Positions 25,676 to 39,620 of a stretch of DNA of 64,000 nt are shown here, in pieces. This DNA comes from Phoronis australis. Taxonomy: Eukaryota; Animalia; Phoronida. Made by a program: the position numbers and the translations under genes. The stretch is from contig NMRA01000374.1 in NCBI GenBank assembly GCA_002633005.1, positions 284,831-348,830 on the forward strand. The letters run 5' to 3'. Under the pieces are notes generated by a model. It worked only from the letters and a program-made list of their open reading frames with translations, was not told the DNA's origin and did no database searches. Positions within the stretch are counted from its first letter, which is position 1. Every line of letters starts with the position of its first letter.

Positions 25676-28600
25676 ATGCTTATGAATAACGCTTTCACGA
25701 CTCTTTTCTTGACCGTCTTGGTTGTTAGTCAACGCTTTGTAGAAGGGAACAGGTTTGGTGTAGATGAGGCCGCATTTGAGAAGCCAAGAAACCGGCAGGC
25801 CAGGTAAAAGAAAACATTTTTTTTATTTTTCAGTCAAGTCTTCAATGTAGAGGAGGGTTCCATAATGCTATTTGAGCATGTTGATTTAACAGTTTATTGC
25901 AACCATTTAACACCCGCAGTATAACGCCATATGACTATTCCCTGGCGCAAGCAGGGTAAAAATGGCCTATTATCGAATTGGGCAAACGACGAACTGTTCA
26001 GTATTTGTTCAAGCTGGAAACAAAGAAATTAACGGCCTCCTAAGGCATCCCTTTAGTGCTCAAAAGGTATACTTATAGCAACATGACTTCGATGGTTTAA
26101 TCAGTGTGATGCATAATTAGCCGAAAAACTTCCGGCATATGGAGGACCTATGACATGGTCACCATCTCTACTGGGCCAATTGAGACAGTCCTATTGTCTA
26201 ACCCCTGGCCCCTCTAGGGGCTGAACAAGCTAAAAAAACTGGTGAAAATACAGAGTCGCACAATCGTTGTTTACTTGGCGGAATTCTTCGAATTCCGACA
26301 AGTATGTTGCTCTGTCGTCAAGTTTTTTTTTTTTTGTTCGCACTCTACAGGTCACAATTTTCGTCCGATTTTCACGAAATTTGCACAGAACATGTAGATT
26401 GGAATGTACTGGAACGCTATTGTTTTTGGTCATGATCGGATACAAAATGGCGGACGTGGCGGCCATTTTGTATCCGATTTCACAGTCAAATACTCGTAGA
26501 GGCCGCATTTTTCGACGTACATGGCTCAAAATCAGAACAATTTTACTAGAACCCATGTGCTACAACTGTGCAGAAAATCTTTGACTTCCGGTTAAAGATG
26601 GCGGAAATATTGGACGTGGCGCATGCGCACCCCGAAATATGGCTAAAAACGTTTTCTCCTGTAGAGGGCGCAATTGCAAACCAATCACTTTCAAACTGGT
26701 CAGGTGTTTGTTGAGATTAATAAGCTTTTATAAAAAATTATTTGACCGGAAGTTACTTCCAAGATGGCGGCTGTGGAGCATGTTCACACGGTTTCAATCG
26801 CTGTGTTGTCGCAATTTTTATTATATTTGCAATCTTCTTTCAAGTAATACGATTAATGTTTCTTTTACTAGAGAAAACTTGTAACTAACGCGCAAGTAGA
26901 TACATAGTAGGATGTGATCCGTCACGTGAACAGTCTGTGTGAAGCATGTGTGTGTTGAAAAATCTGCCGAAAAAGCAAGGAATTCGAAGCGTATATGTGT
27001 GCGTGTACCTCAAGGGGGCTCGGGGGCTCGAACCCTCCCCCCTCTTCATTTGGCGAACTGGGCAAAAACGTCCACCTAGAGAAACAAGAACTACGAAAAA
27101 GTGTAGAAAACGAGACGAAAGTCCACTAAAAAGGCAGGGACAACCAAAATTCGGCGATTGCACAATTCATAGCGCTGAACGAACCCCGTAAATCCACATT
27201 CTCAAAAATTCGAAGCCCCCAATTTTAGGCTGGTGCGCGCATGATAGGATACTCGTATACGGCAGATACACACAATAATGTCGAGTGGGATATTACTTCA
27301 TCTGCGCCAATCGAGATACGTTTTGTGGCTAAATACGCAGACAACAATTAATAGTTAGAATAACGCGTTTGCAGTTTTGGTGAAGAGAATTTGAATTTTT
27401 ACTAGCCCTTTATGTTCATTATTTTGAAATGATAGATCTCAGCAAGCATGGAAAAGAGAGACGCAATCTGAAGTCCTGTGCAACAAACTCCTCGTATCGG
27501 GTAACCAGCCCATACCTGATGAGAGCATCATAGCGTCGTCTTCATTAGACGCCAACCACGGAGCGAGTAAAGCTCGTATAACCGGACATGGACATTGGTC
27601 TCCGAGCGAGAATGATGACACCCAGTGGCTCTTTTTTGATCTTGGTGTGGTTAGAAATGTGACTGCGCTTGTGACCAAAGGAGGTTTGCAACAAGAAGTC
27701 CAGTACGTAACGACGTACCTCCCACTGTATAGCAAGAAAGGAGTTTACTGGCACATCTTTCTGAACGAAGATGGTCATGGGGTAATGATCTCGTTGTGAT
27801 TTTACTATTGGTTGCCTTGATTCTAGTTCTGCATAGTTCATAAATTACTGAAATACAGCCAATTAATTAGGTCTAACGTCCGCGTTTTACTCATTTAACA
27901 GGAGACAGTCAGAAAATACAAGCAAACCTTACTCGTACTTGTTTTCTAGCACATGCCATAGGTGATAAATAATTGCTAATAATATTATAAAACGCACATA
28001 CTCCTGCTGTTGGTTTTGCGACCTGCAAATCGCCAATGCGACCTCAGATTGCATTTGGCTACTTGTAAAATCACAAGTTGCCACTGTCGACGAGTATCAA
28101 AGTCAGATAATAATTCCCCCTAAATTCTTTTCAAAGTTTGTGTTGACTCCCTAACGGTTTTCCCAGATGTTTATCCTGTGGTCCACGATTGTTCGATTTA
28201 TTTCGCAAAATCAGTGCATTTGCCCCCACCGCACTCGGCACCCATCAAACATGCGCTTAAATTACAACAGGAAGTAAAGAGACGAAAGTCGAAATTGTTC
28301 AATAAAATCGGCCAAGATCGGTGAAACACTGTGGCACAGTACATGTGATCGTATGTCTCCTTTTTTAAGACTCAGCGATTTCCGAATTGCCAACTTGAGG
28401 GTCCATTTGGCTACCTGAGATTATCAGTTTTGGCGACCTCGGATTTTTTCCAAGTCGCCAAGTGTGACTTGGCGTTAAGCTAAGCGTCGAGTAATTTTGA
28501 AACGGAGAATGCTCATGGGCAATTCCATTTGTGATGGACGAACAATCAGAGAACATTTTTATCAGTTGTTAAAACTGTGCATCCTAGGAAAATGATTAAC

Positions 28601-30444
28601 ACATCAATTGATAGGTCTCCTTAATAGCTTGCGACTTTTCTCCTATCCTTTTATCTGACTGAGAAAATTGCCTTTAAAGGGGTGTGACGGACGTAGGCAG
28701 AGAATTTGAAATTTTGAAAAAAAAAATTAATGTTAATTTTCTGTGAGTTGCATTTGATTACAATTTTTTGTTTTATATGATGATTTAATTCAATATTTGC
28801 AAAGTACAAAACACTAAATTTTTAAATGATATCGTCTAGGAAATTTTCGTCAGACAGCTCGATGTAAGCTGAGTGCGTGTGACGGACGTACGTGACGGAC
28901 GTACCCTCTGAATTTCTAGGAATTAAATTGTTTGCTGGGCTTCACGTGATTGCACAAATTTGATAATATAGTGAAATACCCATAATTGGCTTATTTATGG
29001 CAATAACAAGCAACACATATGAAAATTGAGCTCATTTTTAGGGTCAAGTGACCCCAAAAATGGGGCCATTTAGGCAAAAAAAATGAAAGTTATAGGAAAG
29101 TCAAACATGGAACCTGAGATTAGAGAGACTGGGCTTCAGATGAGACCAGAAATGTTAGTATAGTCATAATTTCATTTTTTTTTTGTCTTGAGGTGGACCT
29201 TTTCAAGGAATTGCCCTCATCTTAAACGTCACTGTAGCGCACTTTCTTAGATTCGTCGAGATTAGTAAAGAAGTCCGTGAGTAACAGAAACCGGCTGCGG
29301 GGGAATGGGCGGCGAATGGGGAGCCAAATATGATAGGGGTTGATGTCATGAATGAAGTCGTCTGTAAACTTAATACGTCACAAAATCATTGATAATTTGG
29401 ACTTTTCAAACTTGTGGGTCTTATTGCGGGACGCAGAGTGGGATTTTCATCAGGTGGCTGCTACATTCCATACGAAAAATTATATTGGATCTACATTTAC
29501 ACGAGAGGGGTGGAGGGTGTAACTCTACCTATGAAAAGGGTTTCTTATTTACTGCATTCATAACCCAGTGATCCAGTCAGTGTTGTACACGAATCGACGC
29601 CACAGTTCAAAATGGCCTTATATTTAATTTTAATACAATAAGCATTTCGTACGGTTAAAAAGCGTCATTTCAAGCCACGTTGTATAGGGTGTAGTTTTAA
29701 TTTTAATTTTGTCCAACAAGAAGTAATGGGATAGATTATCTAACTTACATCGCCGGTGCCCGCGGAACGTAGTCGAAATGACCTAGCCGCGTTGTCTTTG
29801 AATGACGTTTCTCAGTTCTTGGCTAACTATAATTACATTAGTCTGCTTAAACCCGATTGAGATTTAACGCTGAGTCTCAGAAATTTTTGAATGATTTCAG
29901 CTGGTCCGGCGTAGGCATAATTATATTAAACTCGCTTTCCTAGTTTAAATTGCCAAATCTGGTTTGAAAATGGGATAAGATGATGATATGTATATCTGCT
30001 AGCCTAATATGCATTTTATGAGGGGGGTAACTTTCACCACAGTGGGCGTCTCTGAGTACCGTATTGTTGGACATAACACATACAGTTATATGTCAGGCAG
30101 ACTGAGACGCTTGGAGGTCTTGTATACCAACACCCAGGGAAGTCGCAGGTGATTGCATGTTCTGGCGGAATAAAAAACACAGTCGTGTATGAAAAGTCTG
30201 CAAACAACTGTTCAAGTGTCGTTTGAGTTAAATTCGTGTACTAATTGTGCGCATTGTTCTCGTCAGATTCTCACCGATTATGTCATGTTAACATCCTCTG
30301 TTACAGCTTTTCCAGGGAAACGCCGATCTTGACACCATGAAAGTGAACAAAATTTCGCCGGCGGTCGAAGCTCGATACGTAGCATTTTTAGTTCGCTCCT
30401 GGCATGTTGGGGTCTCCATGAGAGCTGATGTGCTGGGATGCTAG
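25676..30444 (+). CDS. Secreted single-domain discoidin (F5/8 type C) protein A, 203 aa; join(25676-25803, 27436-27781, 30307-30444)
   Basis: GT-AG exons in compatible phases with no stops. Signal-like MLMNNAFTTLFLTVLVVSQRFVEG, a linker, then CNKLLVSG..IPD...ARI...W...QWLFFDLG..RNVTALVTKG...YVTTY..LYS..G..W and LFQGNAD...EARYV...SW..VSMRADVLGC (FA58C motifs with terminal Cys pair). AATAAA at 30759. Confidence 0.9.
26273..26860 (+). mobile_element. Helentron-type (DINE-like) repeat related to 10890-12010, in intron 1 of gene A
   Basis: 5' palindrome CTTGGCGGAATT-CTTCG-AATTCCGACAAG followed by TATGTTGCTC, and a shared core (AATTTTCGTCCGAT...CACGAAATTT; ACTTCCGGTTAAAGATGGCGGAAATA). Confidence 0.7.
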
Positions 30445-31231
30445 TGAGAGAGCATGACATCATTCCAAGATACTGTACCCAGCAATGTATATGCGTCCAT
30501 GGATTTTGCAAATTAATTGGCCTAACACTCGACTGATAAACTGTCCAGCTCAACCACGACGACTGATGGAACTACCCGAGACCCAGGCAACGCTTAAATG
30601 TCAAAAATAACACAAGGACCTATTCTTCAACGAAAAATTCTACCCATTTTTACTTGAAAATATCTGTATTAGCATTCCTTTGTTGTTATAGGATATTATT
30701 CCACTGTTGCGCAAAAGCATGCTTTGTCTTGAACACATTGTTACAACAAAAGTGGAGAAATAAAAAGAATAAGAAAACAATTTTGATCACTAATTTGTTG
30801 TTTTGCTTCATTAAAACAATGCCGTTGGTACGAGTGGGTGATCAGTATCAGGCACCATGTCTATTGTCCTATAGACAAATCGAATTATTCTCACTATCAT
30901 TCGACACATGTCCCCTGAACTATGAAAACAAAGAACAAATATGTATAGACACAGACAATTAGAGGAATTCCATAGATATGCTTCACCTAAGATGCACTTA
31001 CGCTCATTTGTGACGCGTAGTCAAACTTTTTTAGTCAAAACATTTACAAAAAACGGCTTTCATGAGAAACAGATAGCTCGGCAAATCAAGCTATCAATTT
31101 CAGCCAATCAAAGCGTGCGAAGGTATAAAGGCAGCCATCGTCCACCACTCAGGGTCACAGAAATTCGTTGCTAACCAAAACCGAGATGGTTCTTCGGTGT
31201 GCTTGGGACAGGGAAAACGTTCAAGGAAAGG

Positions 31232-32036
31232 TGGTTGGTGGCCCTAAAGTCGTGAGTGCCCTTAAGTCGTGAACGATCTTATTTCCTCTTCTGCGCGGTC
31301 CTGCGACATCTGGCGTTGAAGTTTCCAGCGTTCGTCTGCTTACGAACGTCAAACGAATACCCGGACGTGTTCGTATTCACAATATGATAACAAACAGTGA
31401 GTGAGTGGCTTCTTTTTTCAAATGTATCTTAAAAACAGCATATTTCACTAATTCACTTTTTTTGGGCATTTTTGAGATATATTTCCGAAAATATTTATCG
31501 TTCAGATTTACTCAAACACGCGCTCTAGGGGTAGCTTGAACAATGTATCAAAATGTCCCAGGGTTGATCAAGTTTTGTAAGGCCAAAACAATAAAATACA
31601 GAGCGATAACTGATGCTGGGTTCTTAGCGTTTTACGTGAACAACCTCATTGAAAACGTCTGTGCACATCAAAGTTGGGTGCAAAACTTATAACAATTTAT
31701 TTCAATTGAAACTGAATTAATAAACAATGCAATGCATTTTTATGTCATCTAGAGTAACTGTACGCACTGTAGTTGACTTGTGAGGTCTTACTTCGTGTAT
31801 TTCCGTCTAACCGAAACGGTCACGACTTTAGGGCCTCATTCAAAATGGCCGCCGATATCAGCGACCGTTTCAAAACTCTGCTTACGGAGACAAACAAGGA
31901 TTAAGATTGTCAAAACCCGTATATTTGTGAAGGCTGACATATGTCCATGACATCACATGAGCAGTTGCTAACGGACATTGGGTAGTATGACAATCGGCAC
32001 TTATGTTTATATTCACTACTTTAGGTCACCGGTGTA
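31232..32036. mobile_element. MITE with GCCCTAAAGTCGTGA subterminal inverted repeats
   Basis: GGCCCTAAAGTCGTGA (about 31240) against TCACGACTTTAGGGCC (about 31820) and TCACTACTTTAGGTCACCGGTGTA (about 32012-32036). Confidence 0.55.
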
Positions 32037-32214
32037 TACATCACCAAAGATACATATATTTGTGTTTTACCAAGTAAAAATGGTGTCACATCTAAATTTC
32101 GACAGAGGGCGTGGTTCCAGGCAAAGTGAACCGTCATCATCATACCTTTTATTCTAGGTGCAGAGATTAGGGGCTGGGTCTTTAGACTGGACTACAGTGT
32201 AAGGCGTATCCGGG

Positions 32215-33800
32215 TCGGATGGGTGGAATACAAACTTATGCAATATGCCGATGAAACTGCTTTATCTTTAGATGGCTCAGAACAGTCTGTGCGAAAAACA
32301 CTTCACATTTTAAACCAATTTGCCAAATATTCTAGTACCTGAAAAACCAACTTGGAGATGGATAGGTTCTATGAAAGGTGGGTATCAAAATGTGTTGTAA
32401 GTGACCTAAGCCTGCAACCGGGCAACATCAGAATTTACTTTACTGGGTATTCAATTCTTCAGTGACATTAGTTTTAACACTAAGCTTAGTGAAATAAAGT
32501 AGGTTATTCACTTGTGGGGAAAAGGAAACTTGACACTTTTTGGACGATTAACAGTTATGAAACCAATAATTATGCCAAAACGTAAAATTTTTTACAAGTC
32601 TCTCCTCCTCTTTACAGGCTTTCATGAAAGACCTAAACAAAATGTTCTACTGTTCTGTATGAAACGCTAAAGTTAGGTCGATCACCCATTAATTTTGTAA
32701 ACAAAAATCCAAAGAGAGATTTCATAAAATGAAAGGTCTTGAAAAATAAATTAAAGTTTTACTACAGTTAACACAAAGTTGCCATTCACGAGTTTTTGAA
32801 GAAATGCTTCAAGAAGTTAAAGTTGAGTTTGAAAAGCATAGACAACACCTAATGCAAGAACATCTGGCGGGAGCTAGATGGATTACAGAAGTTGAGGAAC
32901 TCACCAAATATTTCGCTATTTTAAAAAAAATGTTTAAATAAAAACGTCACTAAATTAATAAATACAGATGGTCAAAAAGCAAATGAACAAGTGTCACTAC
33001 TATTAGTTATAAACTTCCATCCAGTTGTATTGCTGAACGCCTAAAAATAATAGTTAATAACCTTATTCATGAAAACCAAATAGGTTTTTTTGAAAAATAA
33101 GTTTGTTGGAGAAAACACGAAACTAGTATATGATGTAGTAAAATTTACCGACCACAAAATTTAAACAATACGATTGGATCACTACCACCGTCGTTACACC
33201 AAGGAAGTATAAGTATTTTCTCTAAGCTGGACGAACAAATAGAGTATTGCAAAACTTGTAGGCCTTTATTTTTGCTTAATGTCAGTTATAAACTTCCATC
33301 CAGTTGTATTGCTGAACGCCTAAAAAATAATAGTTAATAACCTTATTCATGAAAACCAAATAGTTTTTTTTTGAAAAATAAGTTTGTTGGAGAAAACACG
33401 AAACTAGTATATGATGTAGTAAAATTTACCGAAACAATAAGATTTCAGGACATAGTCTTTGCCGATTTTGAAAAAGCATTCGACAATTTATCTTGGAACT
33501 TTTCACATATAAAACATTACATTCTTTAATTTTTCTAAAGATTTTCCTCATTGGATTAGCCTCTTAAATAACACATCGATGTTTTGTGTATTACAGTATG
33601 CGTTTACCTCAAAATAATGTAATAGTAGAAGTGGTGAACAAATATCTCCGTATTTATCTATCATGTGCGGTGAAATTTTAGCCTTGTTATTTCTGCAAAA
33701 TAATGAAATTAAAAGTATAAAATTAGGCAACAGTACAGAACTGCGTGTGTGAAAAACCTCGCTATATGCCGATAACACGACTGATATTTGATGACTTCCA
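32215..33800 (+). mobile_element. Rearranged Tx1/L1-type LINE reverse-transcriptase fragments
   Basis: LMQYADETAL.LDGSEQSV (YADD-like), RPLFLLNVSYKL...LIHENQIGF, DFEKAFDNLSW, GEQISPYL and LYADNT. Includes a ~150-bp direct duplication (33004-33150 and 33283-33431). Confidence 0.8.
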
Positions 33801-34689
33801 CGAATCTCCAAAATCAAATTTGATGAACATGACTTCGTGTCCGAGTCGTTATAGTATAACTCAAAATTTCCTGTTGGTGGTGATGCCACTTGTTTCAAAC
33901 GATGGAGTAAGAAAGGAGTGCATGCGCTTTTGGATAGTGGTGAATTTGTGTCTTATCAAAACTTTCGTGCGAGATTTGTTTTTCCCCACCAATTACAGAA
34001 TTTTAAGGAATCTTAAAATCTACAAGAAAATATTTGGGTTTACCTAAATTTCTGTGTTTGTTACTTTGCCATGTTTTCCCAATTCGTTAAGAGTCTTGTT
34101 TATTGATTATTCAAATAATTTTTTTAAAAGTAACGGTTACCTTAAAATTCATATTCAAAATTATTATAAAGTTGAAAAAATTGTTTATAAAAACTGTAGA
34201 TTTATTGAATTTCAAAGTAGATGGTCTCTTGTAGGTTCACACTTTAGCTATAAGTCTAGACATCTGATCCCTGTGTGAATGCAAGGTTTTTATGTGGCGT
34301 GAATGTTTTTCTTCGTTTCCTTGGTGTACAAGTATAATTGTATAATACGACAATTGTTATCTTTTTACTAAAATGTGAACTATGGTTGTACTCTAAATTA
34401 ACATCGAAAAGTAGAAAACTATAGTATCTTTGACGTCATTATCATCTCAAAATACGTCCAGGAGTATACTTTAAAAATGTGAGACTTTGAACGCTTTGAT
34501 CCTTTAAATATATGGACATAAATTTTTAGAATGTCTACTCGTTTCTCCCTACTCACATACCTTCACACATTGTCGAATTTTGAAAGGACGCAGGTGAAAA
34601 CCTATGAAAGGCTACACAGGTAAAAAGGCAAAGACCAGTCATATATTAAACAAAATTCATTGTCTGAAAGGGAGAGGAACTTTTATCGA

Positions 34690-35715
34690 ATTAAGCTAGG
34701 CAGTAAAATATATTCGACCGAGCGGACGTGCACATTGAGTGACTGCACAATGCCTTTGATCTAGTTTCTTGGGAAAAAAAGTAAAAATAATGTCGCTTGA
34801 CTTCAAAAACCACGCAAGTGAAAAGCTTGTAAAATGGCGGCCTCTGAAATTAGTGGTCGGCGAGGTTGAAGTGGTGAATTGTGGTATTGAATTTAGTGTT
34901 TCTGCTCCATATATGAAGACAATTCGCCACCAGAACAAGCTGCTAGAGTTCTTCAGCTGATTGTTTTGATGCACAGAAAATGCACACATAGATATTGATG
35001 GTCTCACGGAATTTATTTGTTACGGAAAGCGTTTCTAGAAATCTTATTGACTTCTAGATCTCTGATTCGGCTTTCAACTTCTAAATGTTTCGAAACGTGC
35101 AAAATCTGTTTACGTCGGAATGTATCGATTCATTTTTCTGTATCAAAACGGATAGCTGAAACTCTTAAGTCTTGCGGTCTACGGAAAATAATCCAGGTGT
35201 TTGAATCAATCCGATGTGAATGAGTCTGCAATCTATGAATGGACTCAAAGACTTGGAATTGTGGGTGTGCCGACGAGTGAAATAGTTAATTTTTCCAACA
35301 GAAACTTTTATGGTTCCGTGAACTATCTTCGGGATGACGGGGACTATTACTGTAATACGTACATGCAATGGATTTCTTCCATTTCTTTTGCGTACTCCTT
35401 TTTCAGATTTCCCAATGGTGTTGCGTCGCCTATCCCTCCGCTACATTACAATGCATCAGCCAAGAGTTACGTGAACTCAAGAATCTCTAGAAAACGTACA
35501 ATCATGCAAAAAATACGGTGCGCGGCTTGTAAAGGGGAACCGGACCACCACAATGCTTCAAAAAAGCCGAGGCAAATTTTCAAGAATAAATATCGACGTA
35601 CGAAATCGCTGTACGAAAGAACTTGACCGATGCTTAACTTATTGAGGTGAATGTATAGGGTTACATATGTAAATTACACGCGACTTAGCTATATTTTCTC
35701 GTTCGGCCGTATAGA
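34690..35715 (+). mobile_element. Possible Crypton-derived non-autonomous element
   Basis: Ends AATATATTCGACCGAGCG and CTCGTTCGGCCGTATAG are imperfectly inverted. Degraded translations (YMKTIR...IDIDGLTEF; FSNRNFYGSVN) weakly recall Crypton proteins; no catalytic RHRY residues were seen. Confidence 0.3.
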
Positions 35716-35782
35716 AAAGACAATATTTCATAGCTTTTTGAAGAACCCGCAATTTTGAGGCACCTACAATTGCCCATTGCGG

Positions 35783-36520
35783 TGGCCCAACGATGACATC
35801 ACGCGTTCCTTTTTTAGTTACCTAAGGATCTCGAGATCCCGACTTAATTATCTCGAAATCTCAGGAACTCGAAATCCTGACTTAATTATCTCGGGATCTC
35901 GATTCTATCAACAAGTCTGTTTTCAAATCCTCACCGATCTCAGCTAATAAATCATGGTTTTCACAACAAATACTAGAAGTAGTTTGGATAAAAACACATT
36001 ACAAATTAAATTGAGTGCATGGTCAAGATGTCGAGAAGGGGTGGATAGGAGGGACCACCCTCCCCCTCCGGGGCCCGTGGCAGTTAAGGGGGCCTGTCGG
36101 TGAAGATAAAAAACAGCGCAACAAGAGGTTTGGGCCGGCCGGTCCTAGTTGGACAAGGACATGACTTAGAAAACCACGAGGGGCCCTCAAAATTTGAACA
36201 GTTTAAAAATTGTTACGCACATGTATGTAACTATTGAAAGCTGGCAAAAGAAGAGACGATTCAGATCACGTAACTTTGTATATTGTACAGCTTCATATAG
36301 CATGGGCTGCACACATGTTATACAACAAAATAAATGTTCTAAGAGAGAACAACTAAGATAGATGACTCAACTTTCAACGTTCGTAAAAGCACATGCTATC
36401 TTATCTGGCGTGAAACCGGGTATGAAGCTTGTGATCTCTCCAGAACCCGAGATAACTAAGTCCGGATCTCGAGATCCCGAGATAATTAGAAAAGAAACAC
36501 GCGATGATTTCATTTGGGCC
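35783..36520. mobile_element. MITE with long imperfect TIRs and GATCTCGAGATCCCGA subterminal repeats
   Basis: TGGCCCAA..GATGACATCACGCG...GGATCTCGAGATCCCGACTTAATTATCTCG mirrors CGAGATAACTAAGTCCGGATCTCGAGATCC...CGCGATGATTTCATTTGGGCCA. Confidence 0.65.
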
Positions 36521-36639
36521 ATCGTACTTTTGAGTGTAACGTATCCTGTAGGGACGTTTTTGTGTGTTGCGGCGAACATGTCACCCCCTGGCATAGACTA
36601 GAATCCCTGCTTTGTATCTGGAAGTGCCGATTTTCAATC

Positions 36640-37750
36640 CAGTTGTCCCGTTTTTCCTTTCTCGAATGTTGTCTTTGTCTCTTTGTCTCGTTATTTTCCA
36701 GAGGCAATTTTCTTTAGTGACATAACAATCGTAAAAAATGTGTTCCAATGTCTGCTGTTTACGACAACACACACAGCTTGTATCAGGATCACTATGGTAA
36801 CACACACAGCGTGCATCAGGATCACTAATTTTGACCTTCTTAAGAAATTAGTTCATATACAAACTTCGTTGGGAAGTCCTACACTGCAGCCTACTGAGTT
36901 GGTGGATTTCATTGAAACTTTCTGATTTGAATATTTATTTATCATTCTCCAAACCGCTTTTACGGTTTTTAAGCGTAGTTTTATTGTGCCGTGCAGTAGA
37001 CAAACACGACCACTCTTTATTACAAAAATACCTTGCATAATTTGCCGTAGTTACCATGAAACTGAATAAGTAATCAAACATTCCTAACAGCGTTTTTGAA
37101 AGATATTGGCAAGTTTTCATTCAAAGAATCTTTCATTAAAATCTTCTAAAGTGTTGTTGTGCTACGAAAGTACATTTGTTAAAAATGAGAACTTGCCTTG
37201 AAACGTTGGCCACGTTATACTAACAATTACACGTAGAAAGCGTATTTTTACAGAACTGTAAAAAAGCATTTGATTGTTTTACTTCCAAGTTACATTTAAA
37301 AAGTATTTTTCCAATCCTCCCATTTGTTTGTATCATCAAAATTCCGTGTGTTTAAAGAAGCACTGACATCTACATTAAAACACACCCTAAAAAAATAAGA
37401 CGTTAGCAAATTTCGTTTTAAAAATGAAAATTTTAGTTTGTAAAAAGAACCAATACAAAATTCTATTCTGTTCATTTTGAAGACCAAATGTAATGGTGGT
37501 TTTGTCTATTTCAAAATTTACTTGCATTGCAGTCATTAACCAGAGACGTATTCCACGCCAGACAGAGTTGCATATTCACATTCATAGAATAAAGTCTCGG
37601 GAAAGCATCAAGCGTAAAAAAGTATCTGGTACTAGACGTTGAATTGACGTTTCTGAATAAGGTCCTGCATAACCTTTGACGAGCAATCGGTTACAATAAA
37701 GAGTTTCTCGTATCATTCTCGGTTTTCCACTAAATATTACTTAGTGTAAA
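36640..37750 (-). mobile_element. Degraded Tx1/L1 LINE 3' fragment (zf-RVT region), interrupted by a dispersed repeat
   Basis: CVCCRKQQTLEHIFYDC fits the LINE C-x2-C...EHxFxxC knuckle. About 36880-37150 matches the repeat at 51580-51830. Confidence 0.6.
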
Positions 37751-37819
37751 GACTTGAATATTGCGTGCGTAGATTCAGACGACTGACTTGATTTTGCATT
37801 TTAATGTAAAAGAATTTGA

Positions 37820-38170
37820 AATTATGCATGTTTTTGTCTTGATAATTTGTGTGGTGTCGTTTAAAAAACAATTACTACAAAAAATTGAAAGTTAATATAT
37901 GACAGCAGACACGTACGGTATGAAATACATATTAATAAACCCAGTTGATCAGTAGTTGAGTGTTCTGTGAGTATCTCGTATTAGTTACAAGGTGTACACC
38001 GTTTATCAGACTGTTTAAAATCAAATAAACACAAATAAGGTGCTTAGGTAGTCCAGCTCAAGCCGGTTTCTATTAATCACACTAAGGTAGACGCTGGTGA
38101 CTAGTAATTTGCATAGCGGATTTAATCAACAACGCGAAGTGTTGCTGAGGTGCGGGCTACTGAAATAGTT
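37820..38170. promoter_or_regulatory. Conserved upstream block of discoidin gene B with octamer ATTTGCAT (38107-38114)
   Basis: Paralogous to 22490-22780. Confidence 0.35.
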
Positions 38171-39620
38171 TGGTGGCGAAAATGGATAAGGTGGGGATCA
38201 ACTGTGTTACAGGTGAGAGGGGAAATGAAACTGAGTTGGCATGACAACTGGAGAGAGGGTGACTGGCTTTGATACCATAGACAGTTCTACCTTCCAGATA
38301 TGACCAAAACTACGCTGGTATGTCGTTGAAAGGGATTTTTTTGCGAAACCTTTGTATTCGAAATTTGTGTTTGAACGCACCCTTCCGACTTCCTAGGTCC
38401 GTAAATGGATGCAATGTCTTCTTTATGGGTTTACAGCGTGCGAAATTAGTGTTAAACGGAAGAGGAACGCAGAAGTATGACTTATGACGTCGATTTCAAA
38501 AGCCTCGCTTTCGTTTGCGCCACAAATCTTTGGTTACATTTGCATAACGATTGATGTCTTTTTGATTGGTTGGGGCTCTCAAAACCGAAGAATTTTTATT
38601 TTCATTATTAATGTATAATTTTTCGATTTAAATAAAACATTTATAGAAATAGAATTTTGGCAAAAAAATTCTGGATTCCAAATATTTGTTCTCGTATAAA
38701 AACAAACTTCACGTTCCTTTATTGGGCACATGAAATTGCTGCAAAGAAGGCAAATTTGGTCACTTGCCGGTGCCGTCTATTTCGTGTGGCATGAATTTTG
38801 GAGTCAAGGTTGAAACTAATGTCCCGTGGAGCCTGAAAATTCAGTTGAAGTACGTGCAAACTTTGAAACTAAGATACTGGGAGTTTCTGGATATATTAAT
38901 GTGAGTTCAATTTCACAAATTAAATTGTTACGAGTGAATTTCTTTTTTTGGAAACTTGGACGTTCAGCAAACAAAATACGGATCCAAAAACAATATGTTA
39001 GCCCGTTGTTTTGTTCTGTCTCTATTTTTCCCGTCTCGATTTTCCCCTTTCCGATGTCGGTATTTTGTAGGGCTCTATTCCTCCGAAAAGTAACGATTTT
39101 TGGCGGCACGTAAACCGTTCACTAGCAACTAACAACTTGAGATAACTTCGCTTGCTATTCTTGACCACCTACCGCCATTGTTTGCCCTCCATGGGCACTT
39201 CCGGGTACAGATGACAAAATCGCAAACACTCTAGATTGTGTGCGGCAGCCGGCCATGAAACGGAAAATTCCAAAGCAAGTTCTTTTCAATAACCGTACAA
39301 TACCAGACACCGTTTGTAATAATACATGGTTGCAAAGAAGAGTTTATGGCATTTGTGTTCATTTCTTGAATAAATTTGTGGTTCAAGTCCATCATATTTT
39401 CCCAAATATCCAACCTTGTCGTAGTTCCTATTCGTACTCTATATAGCCTACGTCCACCAGGCGTTTTGGGCTGGGCTGATATACAGAAATTTGTGGTAGA
39501 AAAATTTCACGTTCCATGTGAGTGATGACCATTTTATGTGACATGAAATCGCATAAAGGTCACCTTACCTTCACTACAATACCACTCAGCATTGGTCAGA
39601 GAAACTGGAAAAGTGCTACC

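Noticed and set aside
35201-35626. 141-aa ORF as a host gene
   Set aside because: No recognisable domain or splice structure; it lies within a probable degraded element.
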